Position numbers and translations under genes: made by a program
From: Alphaproteobacteria bacterium
Lineage (GTDB): Bacteria > Pseudomonadota > Alphaproteobacteria > CACIAM-22H2
Assembly (NCBI GenBank): GCA_016793045.1
Contig: JAEUKZ010000077.1
Span: 1,497 to 65,496 of the forward strand
Direction: 5' to 3'
Length of the DNA: 64,000 bases
Notes under the pieces: model-generated
Seen by the model: only the letters and a program-made list of their open reading frames with translations
Told to the model about the DNA's origin: nothing
Database searches by the model: none
In this document: one piece after another, positions 26,461 to 34,424 of the stretch
Layout of the letters: every line of letters begins with the position of its first letter
Position numbering within the stretch: the stretch's first letter is position 1

Positions 26461-27990
26461 TCAGCGCATCGTCGCGCGCTGCAGGTTTATCCGGCTGTCG
26501 GCATTCGGCTCCCAGCCCTGCAGTCGACGCGAAACGCCGTAGAGGTCCTGTGGCAGCCAAAGGAAAAGCCACGGCGCCTCCCGATTCACGATCGCCTGAG
26601 CGCGCATGTACATGTCGCGCCGCTTGTTGACGTCGACTTCAGTCTCCGCCGCATCGAGCAGCTGATCGACTTCGGCGTTCGAGAAGCCGGCGGAATTGCC
26701 ACGCCCGCCGGTGCGGAGCGTGGGTACCATGATGTCCGACGGATCGAGCGCCCCGTTCCCCCACGATGTGAAGAACATGTCGCGTTCGCGGCGACGCTCA
26801 GCGTTCTGCCAGATCGGCGTCAGCACCGACCCTTCCCAGACCTGCACTCGGATCCGCAGCCCGACGCGGTTGAGCATCGAGGCGATCGCCTCGCTGATCT
26901 CGCGATAGGCGCTCTGGGTGTCGATCACCGCCTCGAAGCCGTTGGCATGGCCCGCTTCGGCCAGAAGGCGGCGCGCCAGCGCCTGGTCGAAGGTGAACTC
27001 AGGCAGGTCGCGATTGAACGCGAAGGCGTCGGGACTCATCACGCCGTTGAGCGGAACCGCCGCATCCGCAAGGATGCGCTGGATGATGAGGTTGCGGTCG
27101 ATCGCGTGGTTCATCGCACGGCGAACGCGCGGGTCATTGAATGGCGCGCGGTCATTGTTGAACGCGATGAAGAACGTACGCGTCCCGTTGACCCGTGCGA
27201 CGCGCGTGTTCGGGTTGGCTTCGACCTGCCGGATCGCCGACGCGGGCAGTTCGTTGATGATCTCGACGCTGCCGGAAAGCAGCGCCGCGACCCGCGCGGC
27301 ATTCTCCGGGATCACGCGAATGATCACGCGGTCGACGTTGGCCGGTCCGACCGGGGGGATCGAGCGCGCGCCGCCGAAATAGTCGTTGAATCGTTCGAGG
27401 ATCAGCGAGTCGCCGCGCCGCCATTCGACCAGGCGGAAAGCGCCGGTGCCGTTCGCCTGGGTCGCCATGCCGGCGGTCCCCACCCGCTCGACGAAGCGGC
27501 GGCTGACGACCTCCTGGAACGGCAGCATGGCCGTGAGGATCGGCCACGGCTCGCGCAGGATGAAACGCACCGCGTAGGGCCCGATGACCTCAACCGCCCG
27601 GAGCGGCCCGAGCAGGCTCTGGCGCGGGCTCGTCTGGCCGTCCATCGCGTTCGTCTGCGTCAGACGGTCGAAGGTGAACTTGATGTCTTCGGCGGTCAGT
27701 TCGTCGCCGCTGTGGAAGCGCACGCCGCGATGGATCGTGAACTCGTAGGTGACGGGGTCGACCTGCCGCCAGGTGTCGATCAGTTCGGGCACGACCTCCA
27801 TACGCGAATTGCGCGTGAAGAGCCCGTCATACATCTGCCTGATGATGGTCTCGGTCTCGCGCGAACGGTGGTTGCCGGGGTCGAGGGTCAGCGCATCCTG
27901 CGTGAACCCGATTCGGATCTCGGCCGCTTGTGCGCCGGCTGTGCCAAGCATGACAGCCCCAACCAGCGCCCGCAAAAACTTGGTTCGCAT
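26461..27990 (-). CDS. peptide/nickel ABC transporter substrate-binding protein (family 5, DppA-like)
   Basis: 509 aa from MRTKFLRALVGAVMLGTAGAQA (Sec signal). GGAGG lies 7 nt before the ATG at 27990. Another ATG 6 nt upstream sits too close to the SD. Confidence 0.9.
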   Translation of the reverse strand: MRTKFLRALVGAVMLGTAGAQAAEIRIGFTQDALTLDPGNHRSRETETIIRQMYDGLFTRNSRMEVVPELIDTWRQVDPVTYEFTIHRGVRFHSGDELTAEDIKFTFDRLTQTNAMDGQTSPRQSLLGPLRAVEVIGPYAVRFILREPWPILTAMLPFQEVVSRRFVERVGTAGMATQANGTGAFRLVEWRRGDSLILERFNDYFGGARSIPPVGPANVDRVIIRVIPENAARVAALLSGSVEIINELPASAIRQVEANPNTRVARVNGTRTFFIAFNNDRAPFNDPRVRRAMNHAIDRNLIIQRILADAAVPLNGVMSPDAFAFNRDLPEFTFDQALARRLLAEAGHANGFEAVIDTQSAYREISEAIASMLNRVGLRIRVQVWEGSVLTPIWQNAERRRERDMFFTSWGNGALDPSDIMVPTLRTGGRGNSAGFSNAEVDQLLDAAETEVDVNKRRDMYMRAQAIVNREAPWLFLWLPQDLYGVSRRLQGWEPNADSRINLQRATMR

Positions 27991-28058
27991 CGGCATGCCT
28001 CCCGTTCCACCCTGTTGAACACAACCAGCGCGCTTCGCGCGCAATGCCACCGTTCAGC

Positions 28059-28074
28059 AGCAAAACCCAAGCCA
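28059..28074 (-). promoter_or_regulatory. candidate sigma-54 promoter for the dpp-C45-activator operon
   Basis: The minus strand reads TGGCTTGGGTTTTGCT. This gives TGGC at -24 and TTGCT at -12 with canonical spacing; the two positions after TGGC deviate from the consensus. The -12 element is about 70 nt upstream of the SBP ATG. Confidence 0.35.
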
Positions 28075-28114
28075 GCCCGGACCGGCAACCCGAAAATCTT
28101 TAATTACAAATTTA

Positions 28115-28127
28115 TATCAATAGTTTA
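28115..28127. promoter_or_regulatory. IHF consensus site (WATCAANNNNTTR) inside a ~45-bp AT-rich island
   Basis: tatcaatagttta matches the consensus exactly. The surrounding 28093-28136 (aaaatctttaattacaaatttatatcaatagtttatagaatatc) stands out in a ~67% GC background. It is centred about 48 bp upstream of the candidate -24. Confidence 0.3.
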
Positions 28128-28189
28128 TAGAATATCTCTCGCGGCGGCATGGTGAACTGCCGTGCCGCGATGTTTGTATATCACGCCAG

Positions 28190-28206
28190 TGCGTGTAACG
28201 CACGCC
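28190..28206. promoter_or_regulatory. candidate enhancer/UAS palindrome TGCGTG-N5-CACGCC upstream of the dpp sigma-54 promoter
   Basis: tgcgtgtaacgcacgcc. It is the second copy of the motif at 20399-20415 and lies about 120 bp upstream of the candidate -24 element. Confidence 0.3.
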
Positions 28207-28356
28207 ACCGTATTGGGTATGGTTCGGCGTGGGCCGGAGCGGCGCTTCCCCGGCCGCTTGTCGCGACTCCCTACGCTCGTCAATATGCGCCATGCGACCT
28301 GTTCCCGACATTGCGGCGCAGCACGCGGACGCGCACCCTCCGTTCACGCCGGCGCG

Positions 28357-29754
28357 ATGACACCCGCCGGACCGCGATCCGACCCGCGACCACTCGACGT
28401 CGCCGTCATCGGCGCCGGGGTCGTCGGCTGTGCGGTCTTCCGCGAGTTCGCAATCGCCGGTGCGCGTTGCGCCTTGATCGAACGCGATGCGGATCTCCTG
28501 GCCGGCGCCAGCAAGGGCAATAGTGCGATCCTGCACACCGGCTTCGATGCCACGCCAGGAACGCTGGAGGCGCGCTGCGTTGGCGACGGCTATCGGCGCT
28601 ACCGCGAGATCCACGCAAAGTTGAACCTGCCCGTTCTCGACACCGGTGCCGTCGTCGTGGCCTGGACGGCCCAAGAGGAGGCTGCACTGCCTGCCATCGT
28701 CGCGCGCGCGCATGAAAATGGCGTCCGTGACGTGCGCCTGATGGGCGCAGCGGAATTGCGTGTTCGCGAACCGAGGCTCGCGGCGGATGCTCGCGCGGCC
28801 GTGCTCGTTCCGGGGGAAGCGATCATCGATCCATGGTCGGCCCCGCTGGCCTACGCGCTGCAGGGGCTCGCTCATGGCGGCACCGTCCATCGCAATACCC
28901 TGGTCAAGGGCGGCACGCGTACGCCCGAAGGCTGGAAACTCGCAACGGATGCCGGCGTGATTCACGCGCGAGTGGTGGTCAACTGCGCCGGCAATTTCGG
29001 CGATCACGTCGAAGCGATCGCCCGCCCAAGTCCGTTCCGCATCCGGCCCCGCAAGGGCCAGTTCGTCGTGTTCGACAAATCTGCCAGCGCGATCGCCAGC
29101 TCGATCGTCCTGCCCGTGCCGACGGAACGGACGAAGGGCGTCGTCGTCTGCAGGACCATTTTCGGCAACCTGATCGTCGGGCCGACGGCTGAGGACCAGG
29201 ACGATCGCACGGCCGCAACGGTCGATCAGGCCGCGCTGCGTGCCCTCATCGACACGGGAACACGCATTCTACCCGCGCTCGCTGATCATCCGGTGACCGC
29301 GACCTATGCCGGACTGCGGCCGGCGACGGAGCACAAGGACTACCAGATCGAGGCGCTGCCTTCAGCGAACTGGATCACGGTCGCCGGCATACGCTCGACC
29401 GGCCTTACCGGATCGCTTGGAATCGCCGCCCACGTGCGCGACCTCCATGAGGAACACTTCGGCCGCTTCGACCCCCCCGCCACGATCATCTGGACTCCTG
29501 TCGACAATCTTGCAGAGCATCGCCCGCGGGGCCACATGGCGTGCGACCGCAGCCGGATCGTCTGCCACTGCGAGCTGGTGACCGAGCGCGAGATCGCCGC
29601 CGCATTTGAAGGCCCACTGCCGGTCGCGAGCCTCGGCGGGCTCAAGCGCAGGACGCGTTGCATGATGGGCCGCTGCCAGGGCTTCTATTGCACGCGCAGG
29701 GTCATGGAGATCGCTTCCGGCCGCTGCGGCGACCTCGTCGAGCATATCGCATGA
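28357..29754 (+). CDS. FAD-dependent oxidoreductase with C-terminal BFD-like [2Fe-2S] domain (GlpA/LhgO-like; probable glycerol-3-phosphate dehydrogenase component)
   Basis: DVAVIGAGVVGC dinucleotide fold. C-terminal CHCELVTEREI...CMMGRCQGFYC. Start uncertain: ATG at 28357 (MTPAGPRSDPRPLDVAVIG) is preferred over 28285. Confidence 0.78.
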   Translation: MTPAGPRSDPRPLDVAVIGAGVVGCAVFREFAIAGARCALIERDADLLAGASKGNSAILHTGFDATPGTLEARCVGDGYRRYREIHAKLNLPVLDTGAVVVAWTAQEEAALPAIVARAHENGVRDVRLMGAAELRVREPRLAADARAAVLVPGEAIIDPWSAPLAYALQGLAHGGTVHRNTLVKGGTRTPEGWKLATDAGVIHARVVVNCAGNFGDHVEAIARPSPFRIRPRKGQFVVFDKSASAIASSIVLPVPTERTKGVVVCRTIFGNLIVGPTAEDQDDRTAATVDQAALRALIDTGTRILPALADHPVTATYAGLRPATEHKDYQIEALPSANWITVAGIRSTGLTGSLGIAAHVRDLHEEHFGRFDPPATIIWTPVDNLAEHRPRGHMACDRSRIVCHCELVTEREIAAAFEGPLPVASLGGLKRRTRCMMGRCQGFYCTRRVMEIASGRCGDLVEHIA

Positions 29755-30968
29755 CGGACAAGGCGATCATCGATCGCCCCGTCGTGATCATCGGCGCCGG
29801 CCCGGCCGGATTGACTGCCGCGCGCCGGTTGCGCGATCTGGGCACACAAGGCGTGCTCGTGGTCGAGCGCAATCCGGAGGCCGGAGGTCTACCGCGCTTC
29901 TGCGGCCATCCCGGCTGGGGCCTTCTCGACTTCGGGCGTGTCTGGCGCGGCCCAGTCTACGCCCGCAAGCTGGTCGCAGCCGCCAGCGGCGTCGAGATTC
30001 TCACCGACGCCACGGTGACGGCGCTACATCCAGGCGGCAGGATCGAGGTCAGCAGCAGATCGGGCCCGATGACCGTCCATGCGCATGCAGCCCTGATCGC
30101 CACCGGTATCCGCGAGGCTCCGCGCAGCGCCAGACTGGTCGGCGGAAGCCGGCCGTGGGGCGTGACCACAACCGGCGCATTCCAGGAGATGGTCTACGCC
30201 GGCAGCCTACGGCCGTTCCGGCGGCCCGTCATCGTCGGCAGCGAACTTGTGAGCTTTTCCGCGCTGCTCACCGCACGCCACGCCGGGATCAGACCCGTTG
30301 CGATGATCGAGGAAGGCCCACGGATCGTCGCCTATCGTCCGGGCGACTGGATCGCACGCTGGGCGTTCGGCGTTCCTGTGATGACGAACGCCCACGTCGT
30401 CGAGATCTGCGGCACCGATCGTGTCGAAGCCGTTCTGGTGGAGCGTGCTGGCCACCGCGAGCGCATCGCCTGCGACGGCGTGATCTTCACGGGGCAGTTC
30501 ACGCCCGAGGCCACGCTCGCCCGCCTCGGCCACCTTCATGTCGATCCGCGCACCGGCGGTCCGTCGATCGACGATCGCTGGCGCTGCTCCGATCCCGCAT
30601 ACTTCGCAGCAGGAAACGTTCTTCGTCCCGTCGAGCATTCCGGCTTCGTCGCCGCCGAGGCCCGCAGGGCGGCGGACTCGATCGCCACGGCTCTGACCTC
30701 GCAGGACGCGAGCGGTGACGCCGCGGTCGCGGTCATGCCCGGCGGCGCTGCCCGGTACGTCTACCCCCAGCGGATCGTCTCCCGCGAGGCGCGCGTGATG
30801 CTCTACGGACGCGCCGACCGGGAACACCGCGGTCATCTTCGGGTCGCGGTCGACGGACGGATCATCGCCGAACGGCGAGTTCATGCACGCCCGGAACGCC
30901 GTCTCGCCATCGCGATCGACGCGGGAGGCCTGCGCGGCGCCGCGGCACTCTCATTCATTCTGGACTAG
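29751..30968 (+). CDS. NAD(P)/FAD-dependent (pyridine nucleotide-disulfide family) oxidoreductase
   Basis: MTDKAIIDRPVVIIGAGPAGLTAARRL. ATGA overlap with the preceding stop. Confidence 0.8.
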   Translation: MTDKAIIDRPVVIIGAGPAGLTAARRLRDLGTQGVLVVERNPEAGGLPRFCGHPGWGLLDFGRVWRGPVYARKLVAAASGVEILTDATVTALHPGGRIEVSSRSGPMTVHAHAALIATGIREAPRSARLVGGSRPWGVTTTGAFQEMVYAGSLRPFRRPVIVGSELVSFSALLTARHAGIRPVAMIEEGPRIVAYRPGDWIARWAFGVPVMTNAHVVEICGTDRVEAVLVERAGHRERIACDGVIFTGQFTPEATLARLGHLHVDPRTGGPSIDDRWRCSDPAYFAAGNVLRPVEHSGFVAAEARRAADSIATALTSQDASGDAAVAVMPGGAARYVYPQRIVSREARVMLYGRADREHRGHLRVAVDGRIIAERRVHARPERRLAIAIDAGGLRGAAALSFILD

Positions 30969-30979
30969 AACACCGATCC

Positions 30980-32419
30980 ATGGCCGCCATTCTCGCCATC
31001 GACCAGGGCACGACGTCGACCAAGGCCTATCGCCTCGAACCGGACGGCGCGTTCAATCCGGTCGGTTCAATCCGCCATCGCCAGATCATGCCGCGTCCGG
31101 GGTGGGTCGAGCACGATCCGCTCGAACTGCTCGCAGCGATCCGCACGCTGATCGCTTCGGCGGGCCCCGTTTCGTCCGTCGGCCTTGCCAACCAGGGCGA
31201 GACCGTCGTCGCATGGGACGCGCAATCCAAGCGGCCGCTTCACAACGCGATCGTCTGGCAGGACGAGCGGACGACGGCGGCAATCGACGCGCTTCGCAGC
31301 CAGGGCGTCGAGGCGTTGACGCGCGCGCGCGCCGGTTTGCCGCTCGATGCCTACTTTTCCGCGTCCAAGCTGCGCTGGCTCCTCGAACACGGCGACGGAG
31401 CGGCAACCCTCCGGCGCGCGGGGCGTCTTCGCCTCGGGACGAGCGACGCCTTCTTCCTCGACTGCCTCACCGGCAGCTTCGCGACCGACGTCTCGACCGC
31501 CTCGCGGACAAGCCTGATGGACCTGAACACTCGCCGGTGGGATGCGGATCTCTGCGCCGCATTCGGCGTCCCGATGGAATGCCTGCCGGATATCCGCCCC
31601 ACCGTCGCCGACTTCGGAATGCTCGACGGCGGCACGAGGGTCAAGGCGTCCATTGTCGACCAGCAGGCCGCGCTGTTCGGCCACGCTTGCGACGCCGCCG
31701 GCGACATCAAGATCACCTTCGGCACCGGTGCATTTGCCCTTGGACTCACTGGGGCCGCACCGCCGCGCGGCAATACCGCGGAACTTCTGCCGACATGCGC
31801 CTGGCAGATTGGCGACGATCCGCCGCGCTACGCGCTCGACGGAGGCATCTTCACCGCCGGCGCCGCCCGGGATTGGCTCGACAGACTCGGTCTTCGCCAC
31901 GAAGCGCCCGGCGACGGCCTGCCGTCCGGCAGCCGGGCGATCGACAAGGGCATCGTGTTCGTGCCGGCCCAGGCCGGCCTCGCCTGTCCGTACTGGGACC
32001 GTACCGCACGCGGAGCATGGTTCGGTCTCGACCTCGCAACCTCCCCTGCGGACCTGCGTCATGCCGTCCTCGAAGGCATCGCCCTGCGTGCGGCGCAACT
32101 CGTTCGCGCGCTCGATGCGGCGATCGGCACGATCGGCAGGATCTGCATCGACGGCGGCCTCGTGCGCGACGACGATTTCCGCCAGGTCCTCGCCGATGCA
32201 CTCGGTCGCACGATCGAGGTCGCGACGATCGGCGACGTGACGGCCTTCGGGGTGGCCCGGCTTTGCGCGACGGCGCTAGACCGCGACCGTGGTCGCGCGC
32301 TGCAGCCGGAACGGCTGCGCATCGCGCCGCTCAGGCCACTGAGTCCAGCGCACCACGCGCTGTTCGCCGAAGCCATTGAGCGCGCCCGCGGCTGGACCAC
32401 CTTGTCGGCGCGCGCCTAA
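30980..32419 (+). CDS. glpK: glycerol kinase (FGGY family)
   Basis: MAAILAIDQGTTSTKAYRL (the DQGTTS FGGY N-terminal motif) and GLANQGETVVAWD. 479 aa. Confidence 0.88.
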   Translation: MAAILAIDQGTTSTKAYRLEPDGAFNPVGSIRHRQIMPRPGWVEHDPLELLAAIRTLIASAGPVSSVGLANQGETVVAWDAQSKRPLHNAIVWQDERTTAAIDALRSQGVEALTRARAGLPLDAYFSASKLRWLLEHGDGAATLRRAGRLRLGTSDAFFLDCLTGSFATDVSTASRTSLMDLNTRRWDADLCAAFGVPMECLPDIRPTVADFGMLDGGTRVKASIVDQQAALFGHACDAAGDIKITFGTGAFALGLTGAAPPRGNTAELLPTCAWQIGDDPPRYALDGGIFTAGAARDWLDRLGLRHEAPGDGLPSGSRAIDKGIVFVPAQAGLACPYWDRTARGAWFGLDLATSPADLRHAVLEGIALRAAQLVRALDAAIGTIGRICIDGGLVRDDDFRQVLADALGRTIEVATIGDVTAFGVARLCATALDRDRGRALQPERLRIAPLRPLSPAHHALFAEAIERARGWTTLSARA

Positions 32420-33132
32420 CCGTCCCCCATCGCCGCACGCCGCCACAAGTCCCAGGCGCGGTGCATCGCCCCGTCATTGGTCCGGGCCGAGTTTTCCGCC
32501 TCCGCCGGCGTCAGCACGGTCGGCGTGCCCAGCCGCATCGCCTCGGACTGCAGCCGCGCATTGACCTCGGTGTAGATCGCGCGGAAGACGACCTGCCGGA
32601 TGCCGGTTCCAACCACGGTCGAGCCGTGCCCGCGCATGAGGACGACGCTCGACGATCCAAGGCTCGCCGCCAGAGCCGCCCCGAGCGTCCGGTCGCGCAC
32701 GAGCATGTCGCTCGCGTCGCCTGCCGTTTCGCGGATCTCGAAGACGGGTGCTGCCGCTCCGATGAAGCCGCTCATATGGCAGACCGGCTGAAGCTTCACC
32801 GTCTTGACGATGCCGAAGGGGATGACGTTCGGCGAATGGCTGTGCACCACCGCCATCACGTCAGGACGCGTTCGATAGATCTCGCTGTGAATGAACCGCT
32901 CGAGATAGGCCGGCCGGTCATCGCCGTCGAGCGGCACGGCGTCGAAGTCGAACGCCATGATGTCGCCGGCCGTGACCAAGGCGGGCGCCATGCTCCGGGC
33001 GAGCAGGAAAGCGTCCGACCGCGCGGGATGACGCACGCTGACATGGCCGAAACCGTCGACCACACCCTGCTGGAACAGAATGCGGTTTGCGGCGACGAGA
33101 TCGTCGATGAGCGCCGGATCGCCGGTTCCCAC
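32416..33132 (-). CDS. class II aldolase/adducin family protein
   Basis: DLVAANRILFQQGVVDGFGHVSVRHP, HSHSP metal-binding motif. Start assigned to the GTG at 33132 so that it does not overlap the next gene. There is an in-frame ATG at 33219, and the track's outer start at 33252 is a TTG. Confidence 0.7.
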   Translation of the reverse strand: MGTGDPALIDDLVAANRILFQQGVVDGFGHVSVRHPARSDAFLLARSMAPALVTAGDIMAFDFDAVPLDGDDRPAYLERFIHSEIYRTRPDVMAVVHSHSPNVIPFGIVKTVKLQPVCHMSGFIGAAAPVFEIRETAGDASDMLVRDRTLGAALAASLGSSSVVLMRGHGSTVVGTGIRQVVFRAIYTEVNARLQSEAMRLGTPTVLTPAEAENSARTNDGAMHRAWDLWRRAAMGDG

Positions 33133-33160
33133 GGCACTCGCCGCGCGTCGCCCGCTCAGG

Positions 33161-33517
33161 TCACTTGGACGGCGCCGTCCCGGCCGGACGCTCAACGGCG
33201 TCGCGCACCGCACGAGCATACTGGCTCGCCTGGTTGGACTGCGGGCCGGCAACGGAAATGAAGAACACGGTCGGCTGGGCGGGCACGCAGCTGATCAAGG
33301 CGAGGTAGTCGCCCTGCGTGGCGTACTGCCAGTAGGTCCCGGTCTCTGCGAGCCTGAACTGCGTGCCCACCAGCGACGTGCGCGCCCGCGTCATGCATTC
33401 GTTGGTTTGAACGCCCTGCAAGAGGACATAGTGGAACGACATGCTTGGCTCGGCCGCCTGGGCACCAACCGCCGCCGCCACAGCCAACACCGCGCCTGAG
33501 ATCATCGAACGCATCAC
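33161..33517 (-). CDS. small secreted hypothetical protein (118 aa, two Cys)
   Basis: Signal peptide MMRSMISGAVLAVAAAVGAQAAEP. AGGGAGG SD lies 6-9 nt before GTG/ATG at 33517/33514. Confidence 0.55.
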   Translation of the reverse strand: MMRSMISGAVLAVAAAVGAQAAEPSMSFHYVLLQGVQTNECMTRARTSLVGTQFRLAETGTYWQYATQGDYLALISCVPAQPTVFFISVAGPQSNQASQYARAVRDAVERPAGTAPSK

Positions 33518-33644
33518 GACCGACCTCCCTTGTTAGACGGTTCGCTCGGACCGACTCGAACTGGAGCCTAATCTAACGAAAATGCAATGAACAGGGTGTG
33601 TGGGAACCACAAGGCCATGGGCGGCGGCACGCCATAGACCGAAG

Positions 33645-34424
33645 TTAGATCCGCCGCGGCAGCACCGTTTCGATCTTTGCTGCAGCTTCCCGCAAGGGCG
33701 GCAGGAAGCGGCGCTGGAGCTCGTCGATCGTCACGCGGGTCGCGTGCGCGCTAAGATTGATCGCCGCAACCACCCGGCCGGCAGCGTCGCGGATCGCGAC
33801 CGCGACCGACCGCACGCCCTCCTCCAGTTCCTGGTCGACGATCGCCCAGCCCCTGCCTTGGACCTGCCGAATTTCGGTACGCAGGCGGTCGGAATCGGTG
33901 ATCGTCGACCGCGTGAGCGGCTTCAGATTCACGCGATCGAGGTACGCATCGAGCGCCGCCGCCGGCAGTCCCGAGAGCAGCACGCGGCCCATCGACGTCG
34001 CATAGGCGGGAAGCCGGGTCCCGACGGTCAGGGCGATCGTCATGATCCGCTTCGAGGGAACGCGCGCCACGTAGACGATGTCGTCGCCGTCGAGCACCGA
34101 CAGCGAGCAGCTCTCATGGAGATGCTCGGCGAGGCGACGCATATGGTCTTCGGCAACGTCGCGAAGATCCAGAGTCGAGAGATATGCGTAGCCGAGGCCG
34201 AGCACGCGCGGCTTCAGCGAGAAGAACTTTCCGTCCACGCTGCCGACATAGCCGAGGTCGCACAGCGTATGGAGCATCCGGCGCGCCGCCGCCCGGCTGA
34301 TCGCAGCGCCGCGCGCGACGTCGCTCAAGGTCAGCGGCCGGCGGGCCTCGGTGAAGGCCTCGATCACCGCCAGTCCCCGCGCAAGCGACTGCACGTAGTC
34401 CGGATCGGTCGGTTGGGTCGTCAT
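33645..34424 (-). CDS. pcaR: IclR-family regulator of the pca operon (PcaR-like)
   Basis: 259 aa. HTH SLARGLAVIEAFTEARRPLTLSDVARGAAISRAAARRML. The ATG overlaps the pcaB stop (ATGA). Confidence 0.85.
   Translation of the reverse strand: MTTQPTDPDYVQSLARGLAVIEAFTEARRPLTLSDVARGAAISRAAARRMLHTLCDLGYVGSVDGKFFSLKPRVLGLGYAYLSTLDLRDVAEDHMRRLAEHLHESCSLSVLDGDDIVYVARVPSKRIMTIALTVGTRLPAYATSMGRVLLSGLPAAALDAYLDRVNLKPLTRSTITDSDRLRTEIRQVQGRGWAIVDQELEEGVRSVAVAIRDAAGRVVAAINLSAHATRVTIDELQRRFLPPLREAAAKIETVLPRRI

Noticed and set aside
28040-28060. Minus-strand TGGCATTGCGCGCGAAGC as an alternative sigma-54 promoter for dpp
   Set aside because: There is no TTGC/GC at the -12 position. The TGGCTTGGGTTTTGCT element 20 bp further upstream fits much better.
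25693-28155. 820-aa plus-strand ORF
   Set aside because: Antisense to dppB-like and the SBP gene, and it also spans the AT-rich intergenic island. It has no domain signal.
28141-28170. Plus-strand TGGCATGGTGAACTGC as a sigma-54 promoter for the glpA-like gene
   Set aside because: GG to GC spacing is one nucleotide longer than canonical, and the -12 element is CTGC. I rated it unconvincing.
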